Shown here: piece after piece, positions 45,177-53,415 of the stretch | How positions within the stretch are numbered: position 1 is the stretch's first letter | Layout: the number at the start of each line of letters is the position of its first letter | Source: a virus | Virus record (IMG/VR): IMGVR_UViG_3300033485_000003 | Location: 1-64,000 of that record | Length of the DNA: 64,000 bases | Reading direction: 5' to 3' (one strand) | Position numbers and translations under genes: made by a program | The notes under the pieces: generated by a model | Told to the model about the DNA's origin: nothing | Database searches by the model: none | What the model saw: only the letters and a program-made list of their open reading frames with translations

Positions 45177-45830
45177 TTAGACTCCAGTTGAGCCGAAGCC
45201 GTTTGCGCCGCGGTCCGTTTCTGACACTTCGGTAACTTCTACGCACTCCATCAGCGACACGGGTGCAACCACGAGCTGAGCAATCCGGTCGCCAGCCTTG
45301 ATGTCCACTGTCCCGGGACCGTGATTGATGAGAATCACCTTGACGTTGCCTGTGTAGGCGGTGTCGATGGTGCCCGGAGCATTTAACACTGTCACGCCCT
45401 TCTTGGCTGCCAGGCCGCTACGGGGGCGAACTTGCCCTTCGTATCCAGTCGGAAGTTCCAGTTGGATGCCCGTATCGTACGCGTGAAACGCGCCGGGTGC
45501 AAGCGACAAAGTCTCGACCGAGACCAGGTCGAGACCGGAATCGGTGGTGTGTGCCCGGGTGGGTTGCACGGCGGCCGGGTGAACCTTCTTGAACTTCAAG
45601 ACGGGGAAGTACGGGTTCGGAAGCGAAGAATCCACGCCGATGCCCCATACGCCAGTCGTGCGCGGGATTTCGCCGCCGCACGGCGGTGTGATAAAAGGTA
45701 CAACAAGTGAATTCACGGTAGTCGCTACCTGCTCCTGCGTACATCCGCAGGCGGTGTTCTCTGAACTCATGCCAGTGTGGTCGGTGAGCATGCCGCAATC
45801 ACAATTCTCGGTATTGGTGGAATCAGACAT
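45177..45830 (-). CDS. dut: dUTPase (trimeric type) with N-terminal extension
   Basis: SGLDL, RPRSG, GTIDTAYTG, RIAQL and RGANGFGSTG. AAGGAG SD before ATG 45830. Confidence 0.93.
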   Translation of the reverse strand: MSDSTNTENCDCGMLTDHTGMSSENTACGCTQEQVATTVNSLVVPFITPPCGGEIPRTTGVWGIGVDSSLPNPYFPVLKFKKVHPAAVQPTRAHTTDSGLDLVSVETLSLAPGAFHAYDTGIQLELPTGYEGQVRPRSGLAAKKGVTVLNAPGTIDTAYTGNVKVILINHGPGTVDIKAGDRIAQLVVAPVSLMECVEVTEVSETDRGANGFGSTGV

Positions 45831-45857
45831 TCGGATATCTCCTTGTTTGGTTCCACC

Positions 45858-45886
45858 ATTGTACCACGGATTACTTGATGGGGCAA
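45858..45886 (-). promoter_or_regulatory. Sigma70-type promoter
   Basis: TTGCCC-N17-TACAAT with extended TGG. Confidence 0.6.
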
Positions 45887-48690
45887 GCTCCACCAGCGCA
45901 CTCGCTGTCGCCTAGTTCTTCTCCGGCTCCAACTCCGTCGACTTTAATAGGCTTCACCTTCGGCGCCAGTTTCTCGAACACCTCTTTGGTGATCGCCTCT
46001 TTGGGCGCCTGTTTAAACCCGTGATCGGAGTGACAAAGGAAGCTGATAGTCTTGATGTACTTCAGATTTTCTCCCAACCAAACCTTGAGTTGGTCGAGTT
46101 CTTCCTTCTTATAGTACACAGTAACCGAAATGCTTTGGTCAGACCAATGCTTTTGAGCCATCTTGAGCACATCCAGTTGCTTCCAGGTGTCCCAGCCTTC
46201 ATCTGCCACCGGGGCGCCATCCGGCGCTTGCTCGTAAAAATCGACCACGACGGTGTTGTGATCGAAGGTCCCGTCAAAGCGTACGACAGGCTCGATGTGA
46301 TGGCCGGCAGCCGCTAGAAGCGGGATCATCGGGTCGGTCGCTGAAAAACGGATGCGCTGAATGTAATACCGGCTCCAAGCGGCGTGAATCCCTTCGTAGC
46401 CCTTCATGTCGTACATCTTGGACACTGTGCCGCTCGGCTTGATGGTGGTTGTCCGGATGCTTTTAGGAATACCGAGTTCTTTGCTGTATGAGATGTTCTC
46501 GTCTTGAATCGCACTATAGGCGACATCGAGGATCTCTGGGGTAAACAGAGGGCTTTGGAGGCACCCGGTGATTCCAGTTCCAACCCGTCGGTTCCTCTTG
46601 ACGACTTCATCACTCTTTTCGAGATGGTACGGAGCCATCGTGACGCGCTTACCCCATCGGTGCATCAACCTCGACGCCTCAATGAATTCGTCGACTCCTG
46701 TGAGTCGAGGTAGGGCGATGTCAGAAAGATTGCACGGTTCTCCGTCTTCTAGACAGGCTTCCGCGCACTGTCCGGTAACAATACCATCAAAACACCCCAA
46801 GTGTCTCTTGGGCTCGTTAAAACAGTATACGACATCAGCCCTAGGCATCGGCGTGACCGAAACGACTTTGACGAACTGCGACGCATCTCGCTGTGGTGTT
46901 TTATCAAATGTCAGTCGACTTCCGTGGTATCCGATCCGCTTCATGTCTTGCATTTGAACTGCACCAATCAGTAGGCGCCAGCAGTCTTGGCAGTCGAATA
47001 GTTTTGAGCCCCTCTTGCCGTCTGGCAGCGTTCTGGTTCCTGCTGCGTGCATAAGGACGACCTTGCTGGGCACACCACACGTAGTCAACATCCGCTGAAC
47101 GTCCAGTAGGAAAGTGCGGTCGATAGAGCCGATCTGTGCTCCCCCCTCCTTAAGTTCGCTCCCGTCCGAGTCCATGAGCCCGGCCAACCAATCAAGTCTC
47201 CCTTGAAGGTTCCATCCAGCAGGCACAAATGTCTTGGACAGTACATCCTCTGCGCCGAAGTGGGTTCGGTCTTGATCTTCCGAATAGCTCCCAAGTTTTC
47301 CAACCATCCTACTGGAGCAGGCCAATTTAGATGAACCGTACAGGTTAATAGTTTTTGACCCGTCGCTTCCATCTCCCGAATAAAACCCTTGGGTGTAAGC
47401 ATCTACCTCGGGAATAACGCCCTCAAAGAGAACTGGATATGTTGCCTTCGCCAGTTTATCTCCACCAACCAGGTCCTTCGCCTGAACCGACTTCGTAACT
47501 CCGTTATATCCGACTGCCAGTACAAATCGGTGGGCCTCCGTGCAAGTTAGAGACTGCCCAGATGACAATTCCACTCTGACCATAGGTTGGTCTCGACCTG
47601 TGATTTTTGGAGACACAGTCGACCATTCAAATCCGTTCCACACGTCGACCGGACCAGAAGTTAAGGAGTCGATTCTCTGGTAGCCAGAACGAGTCAAGAT
47701 AGGTGTGTTGCCGAGTACGCAGGGGTTGGTTCCGACCGCAGTGTCAGGTTGCAAATCACCCATGCGTGCGAACTTTTGGATGTTGGCTCGATTGACAATT
47801 CCGAAGGGCTCCCCGTTTTCATACGTCTTCCAAAAGAGCGGGTGCACATCCTCAATGTCGTCCACGACGACCGACAAATTCGCCATAGCGCGTTGAGTCG
47901 GGATGGGGCCTAGATCCCATCGCTTGGACTTGAGATACTCCTTATCCCAACAATCCCCAAGAACCAAGATGGCGCTGCGTCGAACGTTGCCGGCGACAAC
48001 CATCTCACCGATACAACAGATGATGTCCATGGCGTCTACCGGACGTACAGTTTTACCTTCGCGTCGGCCTAACAAAGCGCACAACTTCTCGACCAAGGCG
48101 ATCAGAGGTAGTGGGCCACTCGCCGTACCACCAAATCCGTTGATCTTTTCCCCGTACCCACGGATACATACCGTACTGTAATCGAAACTGCGCCCTGTAA
48201 CGAAGAAGGACTCGAGTACGCGGCGCGTAAGTTCGCACCACCCCTCTCGACTATCCGGTACAATAAACGAGGCGTCCTTGGTCGCCTTGTGACGGATTAC
48301 CACGCCCTTCTTGACGCGCGGTAGTTTGGACACGTATTTGTGCTCGACCGACAGCCCGACACCGCCACCAAGCATTAAGAGATCTTGGGCGTCTACAAAG
48401 TTCATCCAATTGTCGGCGCACTGAAACCAACAATTTGTCAAGGCGGCTCCACCGACCACATCTTGCGCCTTGGCCCCGCTGAACCACCATCCACGGCCGG
48501 CTGGGCCAGCCTTTCGCTCGCTCAAGAAATAACGCAAACGCTGAATCTCTTGGTCGGATACATTAAGTCCTCGGACGTTCCCGGAGATAACCCGCTCTAC
48601 CGTTTGCGACCAATTCTCCACCATCCCGTTGTCGCTACGAGCGTATGTACGCTTGTAGACTACACTAGCTAGGTTGCTCATCGAGTTCAT
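45871..48690 (-). CDS. nrdJ: Class II (B12-dependent) ribonucleotide reductase containing an intein
   Basis: YKRTYAR, PAGR, TNC, GNVRRSA, NP|CAE..CNL, TTIKPSGT and C-terminal CAGGACPIK. No beta-subunit gene nearby. Confidence 0.88.
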   Translation of the reverse strand: MNSMSNLASVVYKRTYARSDNGMVENWSQTVERVISGNVRGLNVSDQEIQRLRYFLSERKAGPAGRGWWFSGAKAQDVVGGAALTNCWFQCADNWMNFVDAQDLLMLGGGVGLSVEHKYVSKLPRVKKGVVIRHKATKDASFIVPDSREGWCELTRRVLESFFVTGRSFDYSTVCIRGYGEKINGFGGTASGPLPLIALVEKLCALLGRREGKTVRPVDAMDIICCIGEMVVAGNVRRSAILVLGDCWDKEYLKSKRWDLGPIPTQRAMANLSVVVDDIEDVHPLFWKTYENGEPFGIVNRANIQKFARMGDLQPDTAVGTNPCVLGNTPILTRSGYQRIDSLTSGPVDVWNGFEWSTVSPKITGRDQPMVRVELSSGQSLTCTEAHRFVLAVGYNGVTKSVQAKDLVGGDKLAKATYPVLFEGVIPEVDAYTQGFYSGDGSDGSKTINLYGSSKLACSSRMVGKLGSYSEDQDRTHFGAEDVLSKTFVPAGWNLQGRLDWLAGLMDSDGSELKEGGAQIGSIDRTFLLDVQRMLTTCGVPSKVVLMHAAGTRTLPDGKRGSKLFDCQDCWRLLIGAVQMQDMKRIGYHGSRLTFDKTPQRDASQFVKVVSVTPMPRADVVYCFNEPKRHLGCFDGIVTGQCAEACLEDGEPCNLSDIALPRLTGVDEFIEASRLMHRWGKRVTMAPYHLEKSDEVVKRNRRVGTGITGCLQSPLFTPEILDVAYSAIQDENISYSKELGIPKSIRTTTIKPSGTVSKMYDMKGYEGIHAAWSRYYIQRIRFSATDPMIPLLAAAGHHIEPVVRFDGTFDHNTVVVDFYEQAPDGAPVADEGWDTWKQLDVLKMAQKHWSDQSISVTVYYKKEELDQLKVWLGENLKYIKTISFLCHSDHGFKQAPKEAITKEVFEKLAPKVKPIKVDGVGAGEELGDSECAGGACPIK
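46768..47721 (-). mobile_element. Gln-terminal intein with LAGLIDADG endonuclease (318 aa) at the RNR active site
   Basis: GTNP|CVLGNTPILT...DGIVTGQ|CAE; QGFYSGDG and WLAGLMDSDG motifs. Confidence 0.9.
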
Positions 48691-48715
48691 GTTTTCTCCG
48701 TGCGAATGATTACCG

Positions 48716-48724
48716 ATTATACCA
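48716..48724 (-). promoter_or_regulatory. Extended -10 promoter
   Basis: TGGTATAAT upstream of nrdJ. Confidence 0.6.
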
Positions 48725-48735
48725 TCAGCCGGGTG

Positions 48736-49431
48736 TTAGTTTTTGGTCTTTTTGGGCTTGTCGAACACATCTTTGTTCGTCAAAACATGACAGCCCTTCA
48801 AATATGCCTGCACTTGGCAATGTGCATCCGCGATGTCGTCATCACCCTTCTTGAAATCGGCGTCCCAAGTGAGGTTGCAATACGCTACGGCGATGGATTT
48901 TTTGTCGATTTTGCCGTGGATGCATTTTTTGCGGAGCACGACCATATGGGCGTCTAGGCGGGCTTTGGCTTCTTTTTTGGAAGCGGCATCTCGCGCGGAC
49001 TTCAGTTCAGCCTTGAGGCGTTTTTGCTCCAAAAGCAATAATTTTGATTGCTTCCTGGTCGTAGCCACTGACAGGTCCAAGGTCTTTCGCCAATCCGACG
49101 TGTTAATGTAGTGGATTTTGACGGGGAACTCCGAGAGATTCTTGACGACGGTATAGTGAATCATGTCGAGAATCTTCTGTGAGTGCCGGGAACCAAACCT
49201 ACTAGAGGTCTTGTTGATTTCTTCGATCACCACGTCGGTTACATCGGGGTTCTTCGATAGCAGCTCAGCTACTTGCTCGCCCATGTCGTCGGCCACCATG
49301 ATGAAGTTTTGAGGATATTCCGCAACATCCCACCCAATTCGCTTTGTAATGAGACCCGAAGATGTCGGTTTTCCATCGGTGAAGATGGCCCATCCAGTCG
49401 AGGTGCTGAGGTCGAGTCCGAGTATCGCCAT
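48736..49431 (-). CDS. RuvC-like Holliday junction resolvase
   Basis: ILGLDLSTSTGW, VVIEE, SDWRK and DDIADA. Confidence 0.8.
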   Translation of the reverse strand: MAILGLDLSTSTGWAIFTDGKPTSSGLITKRIGWDVAEYPQNFIMVADDMGEQVAELLSKNPDVTDVVIEEINKTSSRFGSRHSQKILDMIHYTVVKNLSEFPVKIHYINTSDWRKTLDLSVATTRKQSKLLLLEQKRLKAELKSARDAASKKEAKARLDAHMVVLRKKCIHGKIDKKSIAVAYCNLTWDADFKKGDDDIADAHCQVQAYLKGCHVLTNKDVFDKPKKTKN

Positions 49432-49436
49432 GAACT

Positions 49437-50015
49437 TTAGATTCCGGTGGACAGACCGCTCAAGACCTCACGAAGATGAGTAAGGAAGACCTGGTTGAGA
49501 TCTTTGATGACGAGTTCCGAAGTGGAGTATTGTTCGAAAAACATGTTGAATATCTGGATGTTATGAACCGCCGCAATACGCAGAGCCTGTCCGGTGCCAC
49601 CTGTAGGGCGGCCGCCAGCAGTCCAACACACTACAACCTGAACTGGAGATTTGAGGTCGATACCGAGAACCTGTGCGCTATTGCGCGCCATAAGTTTCCT
49701 GGCGCCATCGCCTAGACGATCCCATGCTGGATGGAACTCCCTAGCGTGCAACATCAGTTCCGTCCAGTTGTTGGGAGCGATAAACCCAGCTCCAGTTTTT
49801 GGAATGTGTTCTTCAAAGGAGGGCCAAGGGAGGTACGCCGTACAAAATTGCGCAGCACCGAGCTCAAAAGCCTGGTCGGCCCCTGGCGCATGTCCAGAGC
49901 GGACTTGTATTTTGTTAACCGCGCACCACTGGCCGATTTTTACCATCTCGGCCAAGATAGAGCCGGGTGTTTCTCTACTGCCGATGCCGGCGATTGCGAG
50001 TTGAGAGTCAAGCAT
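49437..50015 (-). CDS. DprA/Smf-like SLOG-fold protein
   Basis: AGIGSRETP, RSGHAPGADQAFE, MARN and GGTGQALRIA. Confidence 0.75.
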   Translation of the reverse strand: MLDSQLAIAGIGSRETPGSILAEMVKIGQWCAVNKIQVRSGHAPGADQAFELGAAQFCTAYLPWPSFEEHIPKTGAGFIAPNNWTELMLHAREFHPAWDRLGDGARKLMARNSAQVLGIDLKSPVQVVVCWTAGGRPTGGTGQALRIAAVHNIQIFNMFFEQYSTSELVIKDLNQVFLTHLREVLSGLSTGI

Positions 50016-50024
50016 GGTGACGCC

Positions 50025-50034
50025 ATTATACCAC
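50025..50034 (-). promoter_or_regulatory. Extended -10 promoter
   Basis: GTGGTATAAT 9 nt before ATG 50015. Confidence 0.6.
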
Positions 50035-50071
50035 GCCCGACTCCCCTCCGAGATTATTTCTCGGAGATATT

Positions 50072-50338
50072 TTAAGCCTTGCCGCGAGACTCGAGCACCG
50101 AGTACGCGTAACTAATGCGCAATCGGTTACTCTTCGTCGCCTCGGCGTATTGTTCCCCCGCCTGCTTGGCGATTTCCTTCTTCTCTGCGAGATCCATGTC
50201 GGCCTTCATGGCGGCGCGGTTCTCGTGCTCATTGATGGCGACCTCGGAGATCTTCTTCTTTACGTCCTCATTGCTCATGTTCTCGACGAGTTCCTTGAAC
50301 TCAGGGTCCAAATCTTCAAACGGGTTTTTCTTGCTCAT
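50072..50338 (-). CDS. Small coiled-coil protein
   Basis: Start re-assigned to MSKKNPF (AAGGAG upstream). Confidence 0.65.
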   Translation of the reverse strand: MSKKNPFEDLDPEFKELVENMSNEDVKKKISEVAINEHENRAAMKADMDLAEKKEIAKQAGEQYAEATKSNRLRISYAYSVLESRGKA

Positions 50339-50516
50339 CCTTGTTCTCCTTGGTGGTTTCTGCACTTACATACAACTTCACGATTTTTGCGTGTACCTCT
50401 TCTATCGTATCTGCAGTCAACGTCAGCGTCAGCTCTTTCGTCGGAGGTGTAACACCTTTACGAACGAGGCTGTACGTCTGAATAGTGACAGAGACTTTCT
50501 TAGAGTTCTCGGACAT
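50316..50516 (-). CDS. Hypothetical protein
   Basis: MSENSKK start; overlaps both neighbours. Confidence 0.5.
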   Translation of the reverse strand: MSENSKKVSVTIQTYSLVRKGVTPPTKELTLTLTADTIEEVHAKIVKLYVSAETTKENKDEQEKPV

Positions 50517-50715
50517 GAACCTTGACGGCATCTGGGAAACGATGATACGCGAACTTCCGCGCGTCGGCAATCGACGGAGTCGACAGTGTCAAGTAAACGA
50601 GTTTGGGGGATTTGTCATCTCCATGACAAGTCACGCTCGTCATGAGCATCTCTGCATTACAGTCACAAACATCCGGCAAGTACACCTGCACCTCAAAACG
50701 CTTCTTATCAGTCAT
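50500..50715 (-). CDS. Hypothetical protein
   Basis: 71 aa, ATGA-coupled to sbcC. Confidence 0.55.
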   Translation of the reverse strand: MTDKKRFEVQVYLPDVCDCNAEMLMTSVTCHGDDKSPKLVYLTLSTPSIADARKFAYHRFPDAVKVHVREL

Positions 50716-52634
50716 TTGATCCTCGATTTTCCATCTACGTATTCGACTTCGATGATTTGGTTAAACGCCTCTACGACTTCTGAGGTGTGGTCTACCACAA
50801 GTACTAGGCGATTGCAAGCGTATTCCTTCAGAACATCCAGCGCGGCCTCTTTCGTAGCTACACCTTGTCCATTCCAACACTCGTCCAAGCACAACCATCC
50901 TGGCACAACCCCACTCCTCCGTTGGATTACAGCACCGACCGCCAAGTCTACCACACCATCCAGCGAAGTGAATTGTCCGCCCGACAGCGTCTTGAGTTTG
51001 GCTTCTTTGCCGTCAACAAAGACTGTGGTCAGAATAGCCTTGTTGATTACGCCTTTTTGAGTTACAGTCTCAGTAGAAAAATGCACTGTTAGGTGCGACA
51101 CATTCGCTAGCCGCCCAAGCCGCTCGTTTGCTTCGGCCTCGATCTCGGCGAGAACCTCTTCGAAAATAGCCCCCAGAAACCCCCGCGGCCCCATGGCTGC
51201 AACGAAGTCGAGCTCGGCGGCCATCGCCACCCGGATGCGATTAAGTTCCGTCTGGCGGGCTTGTAGACGATTCTGTGTTTGAGTTAAGGTGTCCACGAAT
51301 TGCTTGCGCGACACTTCAATTCGGGCGTTGGATTGCAGAATGGATTTGATTTGGAATTCGACGGTATTGATTTGCGACAATACCTCGGCCTTTTGCTGCT
51401 TCAGTGCCAAGACCTTCTCTTGTGCTTCAGTAACAGCCCCAGCGGCGGATTCCAAAGCCTTTTCGTGAATGCGCCGATCCATTATCGAGATGTTGTCGGA
51501 GAACTGGCGGATGAGTGGGTTTTCCGCAAAAACTTTGCGCAGTTCCTCTTCGAGCGCTCTCTTCGATTTGCAAGTTTCTTCCGCGGCCGTAACACGCTTC
51601 TCGAGATCCACAATCGCTTGTTCGAGTTGAGCCGCGTACGCCTGCGATTGATCCCACGGACGCTGGCAGGTAACACACGCGCCACTTCGAGCCTTCTCCA
51701 GTTGCGCACGATTCTGGGCGATTTGAGAGAGGTCGTGGTTCTTCTGGGCTTCGGCGCGGACCACCACTTGTAGTTCTTGACGGAGTTTCTCCTGCCTCTT
51801 CGAAAAATCGCGCCGAAGTTGAGTGTCCTCTTGGCTCAGGCGCTCGCGATGGGACTGGGCGGCGCGCAGCAGATCGCGCATTTGGACGAGCTCGGGGTTC
51901 TGTCCGGCCAACTCCTTGAGCCGCTCTGCTGCAGCCCAAGCCTCTTGGACCTTCGAATCTAAGTCGTCTACTACCAGTCGAAGGGCCTCTGGCGATGCTG
52001 GAATTTCTTGAGGTTGTGGGAGGTTTTTGAGTTGCTCCATCAACATCGCCACGGAGTTGGATGCTTCCTTACACGCGGCCTCCTCGGAAGCCACGGTCTG
52101 CGCCATCTGCTTGGCGGTAGTTTCTGAGGAGTCTACGGCACGCTCGATGTCCGTCAGTCCGAGGATACTCGATAAGAATTCCTTCTTGCCGGCGTCCGCG
52201 AGAGATAGGAACACGCCGCGAGAGTCTTGCGGGCGGTATGTCAGAGTCCTCAGCGTGTCGACATCCAGCCCGACGATGCGACGGAGATTCTCCGAGATGA
52301 CTTTGGCTCCGGTGTAGTTTTTGCCGGCGATGACGATGGCGTTCTTCTTGCCTCGGTGAATAACGACTTCGCCTTCGTCTGTGTCTAGGGCTAGTGTAAC
52401 CTGAAGTGGGTCTTCCGTATTCCACGACTGCAAATCCGTGGCCGACAGCGGGCACATATCTAGCGCGTAGCTGATGGCCAACAGCAAGGTGGACTTGCCA
52501 GCGCCACTGGAATCATGGGTAACCGGATTAACTCCGCGGAGCAGGACGAGTCCGTACTCAGGAAAATCCACCCGCGTCTCGTCAACGAACGAACGGAAGC
52601 TTTTGAGTTGGAGCCACTTCAGTTTGAGGGTCAT
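50712..52634 (-). CDS. SbcC/Rad50/gp46-like ATPase
   Basis: SGAGKS Walker A, coiled coils, CVTC hook, LSGGQ signature, LDE Walker B and H-loop. Confidence 0.9.
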   Translation of the reverse strand: MTLKLKWLQLKSFRSFVDETRVDFPEYGLVLLRGVNPVTHDSSGAGKSTLLLAISYALDMCPLSATDLQSWNTEDPLQVTLALDTDEGEVVIHRGKKNAIVIAGKNYTGAKVISENLRRIVGLDVDTLRTLTYRPQDSRGVFLSLADAGKKEFLSSILGLTDIERAVDSSETTAKQMAQTVASEEAACKEASNSVAMLMEQLKNLPQPQEIPASPEALRLVVDDLDSKVQEAWAAAERLKELAGQNPELVQMRDLLRAAQSHRERLSQEDTQLRRDFSKRQEKLRQELQVVVRAEAQKNHDLSQIAQNRAQLEKARSGACVTCQRPWDQSQAYAAQLEQAIVDLEKRVTAAEETCKSKRALEEELRKVFAENPLIRQFSDNISIMDRRIHEKALESAAGAVTEAQEKVLALKQQKAEVLSQINTVEFQIKSILQSNARIEVSRKQFVDTLTQTQNRLQARQTELNRIRVAMAAELDFVAAMGPRGFLGAIFEEVLAEIEAEANERLGRLANVSHLTVHFSTETVTQKGVINKAILTTVFVDGKEAKLKTLSGGQFTSLDGVVDLAVGAVIQRRSGVVPGWLCLDECWNGQGVATKEAALDVLKEYACNRLVLVVDHTSEVVEAFNQIIEVEYVDGKSRIK

Positions 52635-52828
52635 GACTCGTCTGGCCCCACAACCCTATAGCCGTAGTCGTAATCGGTCGCCGAAATGTTCTTCCAATGG
52701 CGGCTCTTCACCTTCGCTTGTGCCCGAGCGAATACTAGAGCCTGTCCTTCATTATCGGCGGCGATCTCCTGATTCAACACCTGAGAGATAGTCCTAGTCG
52801 TGATTACAGTGTACTTCGTCTTCTTCAT
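52631..52828 (-). CDS. Hypothetical protein
   Basis: MKKTKYTV start with AGGAG SD. Confidence 0.6.
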   Translation of the reverse strand: MKKTKYTVITTRTISQVLNQEIAADNEGQALVFARAQAKVKSRHWKNISATDYDYGYRVVGPDES

Positions 52829-52844
52829 TTGCATTCTCCTCTGC

Positions 52845-53051
52845 TTAGATCTTTCCGGCGTAGTGAGCAAAAGCACATCGGCGAACCCACCACTTGTCCC
52901 ACGAAATCAAACCTTCTACCACTTTGAAGGGGTTGTCAAGTTCCCATAGATAGTGGCCGGAGTCAAGCTGAATCACCCGATACCCATCGGGTAGCGGCTT
53001 ACACCGAGCTGGAAATTCGACGATCGGATTGCCGTGTAGATTTGTGGCCAT
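52845..53051 (-). CDS. Hypothetical protein
   Basis: 68-aa ORF in the operon run. Confidence 0.55.
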   Translation of the reverse strand: MATNLHGNPIVEFPARCKPLPDGYRVIQLDSGHYLWELDNPFKVVEGLISWDKWWVRRCAFAHYAGKI

Positions 53052-53060
53052 TTTGTCTAC

Positions 53061-53291
53061 CTATTCGTCGCGAGCCGCTTTACGTTCCGCCAGCATTTCT
53101 TGAATACCGCTGAGTTGTTCCACCTTCCGGATCAACAGTCCGTTGTCCTGGACTTCTATCACACGTGCGGTCGTTTGGGTAGTGAATTTTTGACTTCCAC
53201 CACACTCGCACTTCGGAAGCTTCGGGCGTTGTGAGAATAGGGCGCGTTGAATTTTGTGACACTTCTTACATTTCCAGTTATAGACCGGCAT
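53061..53291 (-). CDS. FmdB-like zinc ribbon protein
   Basis: MPVYNWKCKKC...KCECGG; GGAG SD. Confidence 0.7.
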   Translation of the reverse strand: MPVYNWKCKKCHKIQRALFSQRPKLPKCECGGSQKFTTQTTARVIEVQDNGLLIRKVEQLSGIQEMLAERKAARDE

Positions 53292-53310
53292 AGTTAGCTC
53301 CACAAGCGTT

Positions 53311-53414
53311 AAGCTGGAGGCGGTGACAGGAGAAACGCCGCCTCCAGCTTCGTTCTATCACAAAAGAAAAAGTTGGAGGTGGACTACCGAGAACCACCCC
53401 CAACTTTCGTTCTA
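53311..53414 (-). terminator. Two related tandem hairpins after groEL; the groEL-proximal one is an intrinsic terminator
   Basis: Stems 53369-53407 (followed by TTCTTTT on -) and 53311-53350; each is preceded on - by TAGAACG. Confidence 0.75.
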
Positions 53415-53415
53415 C

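Noticed and set aside
53311-53414. Mini-CRISPR array
   Set aside because: Only two degenerate units, and the variable part is the hairpin loop rather than a spacer.
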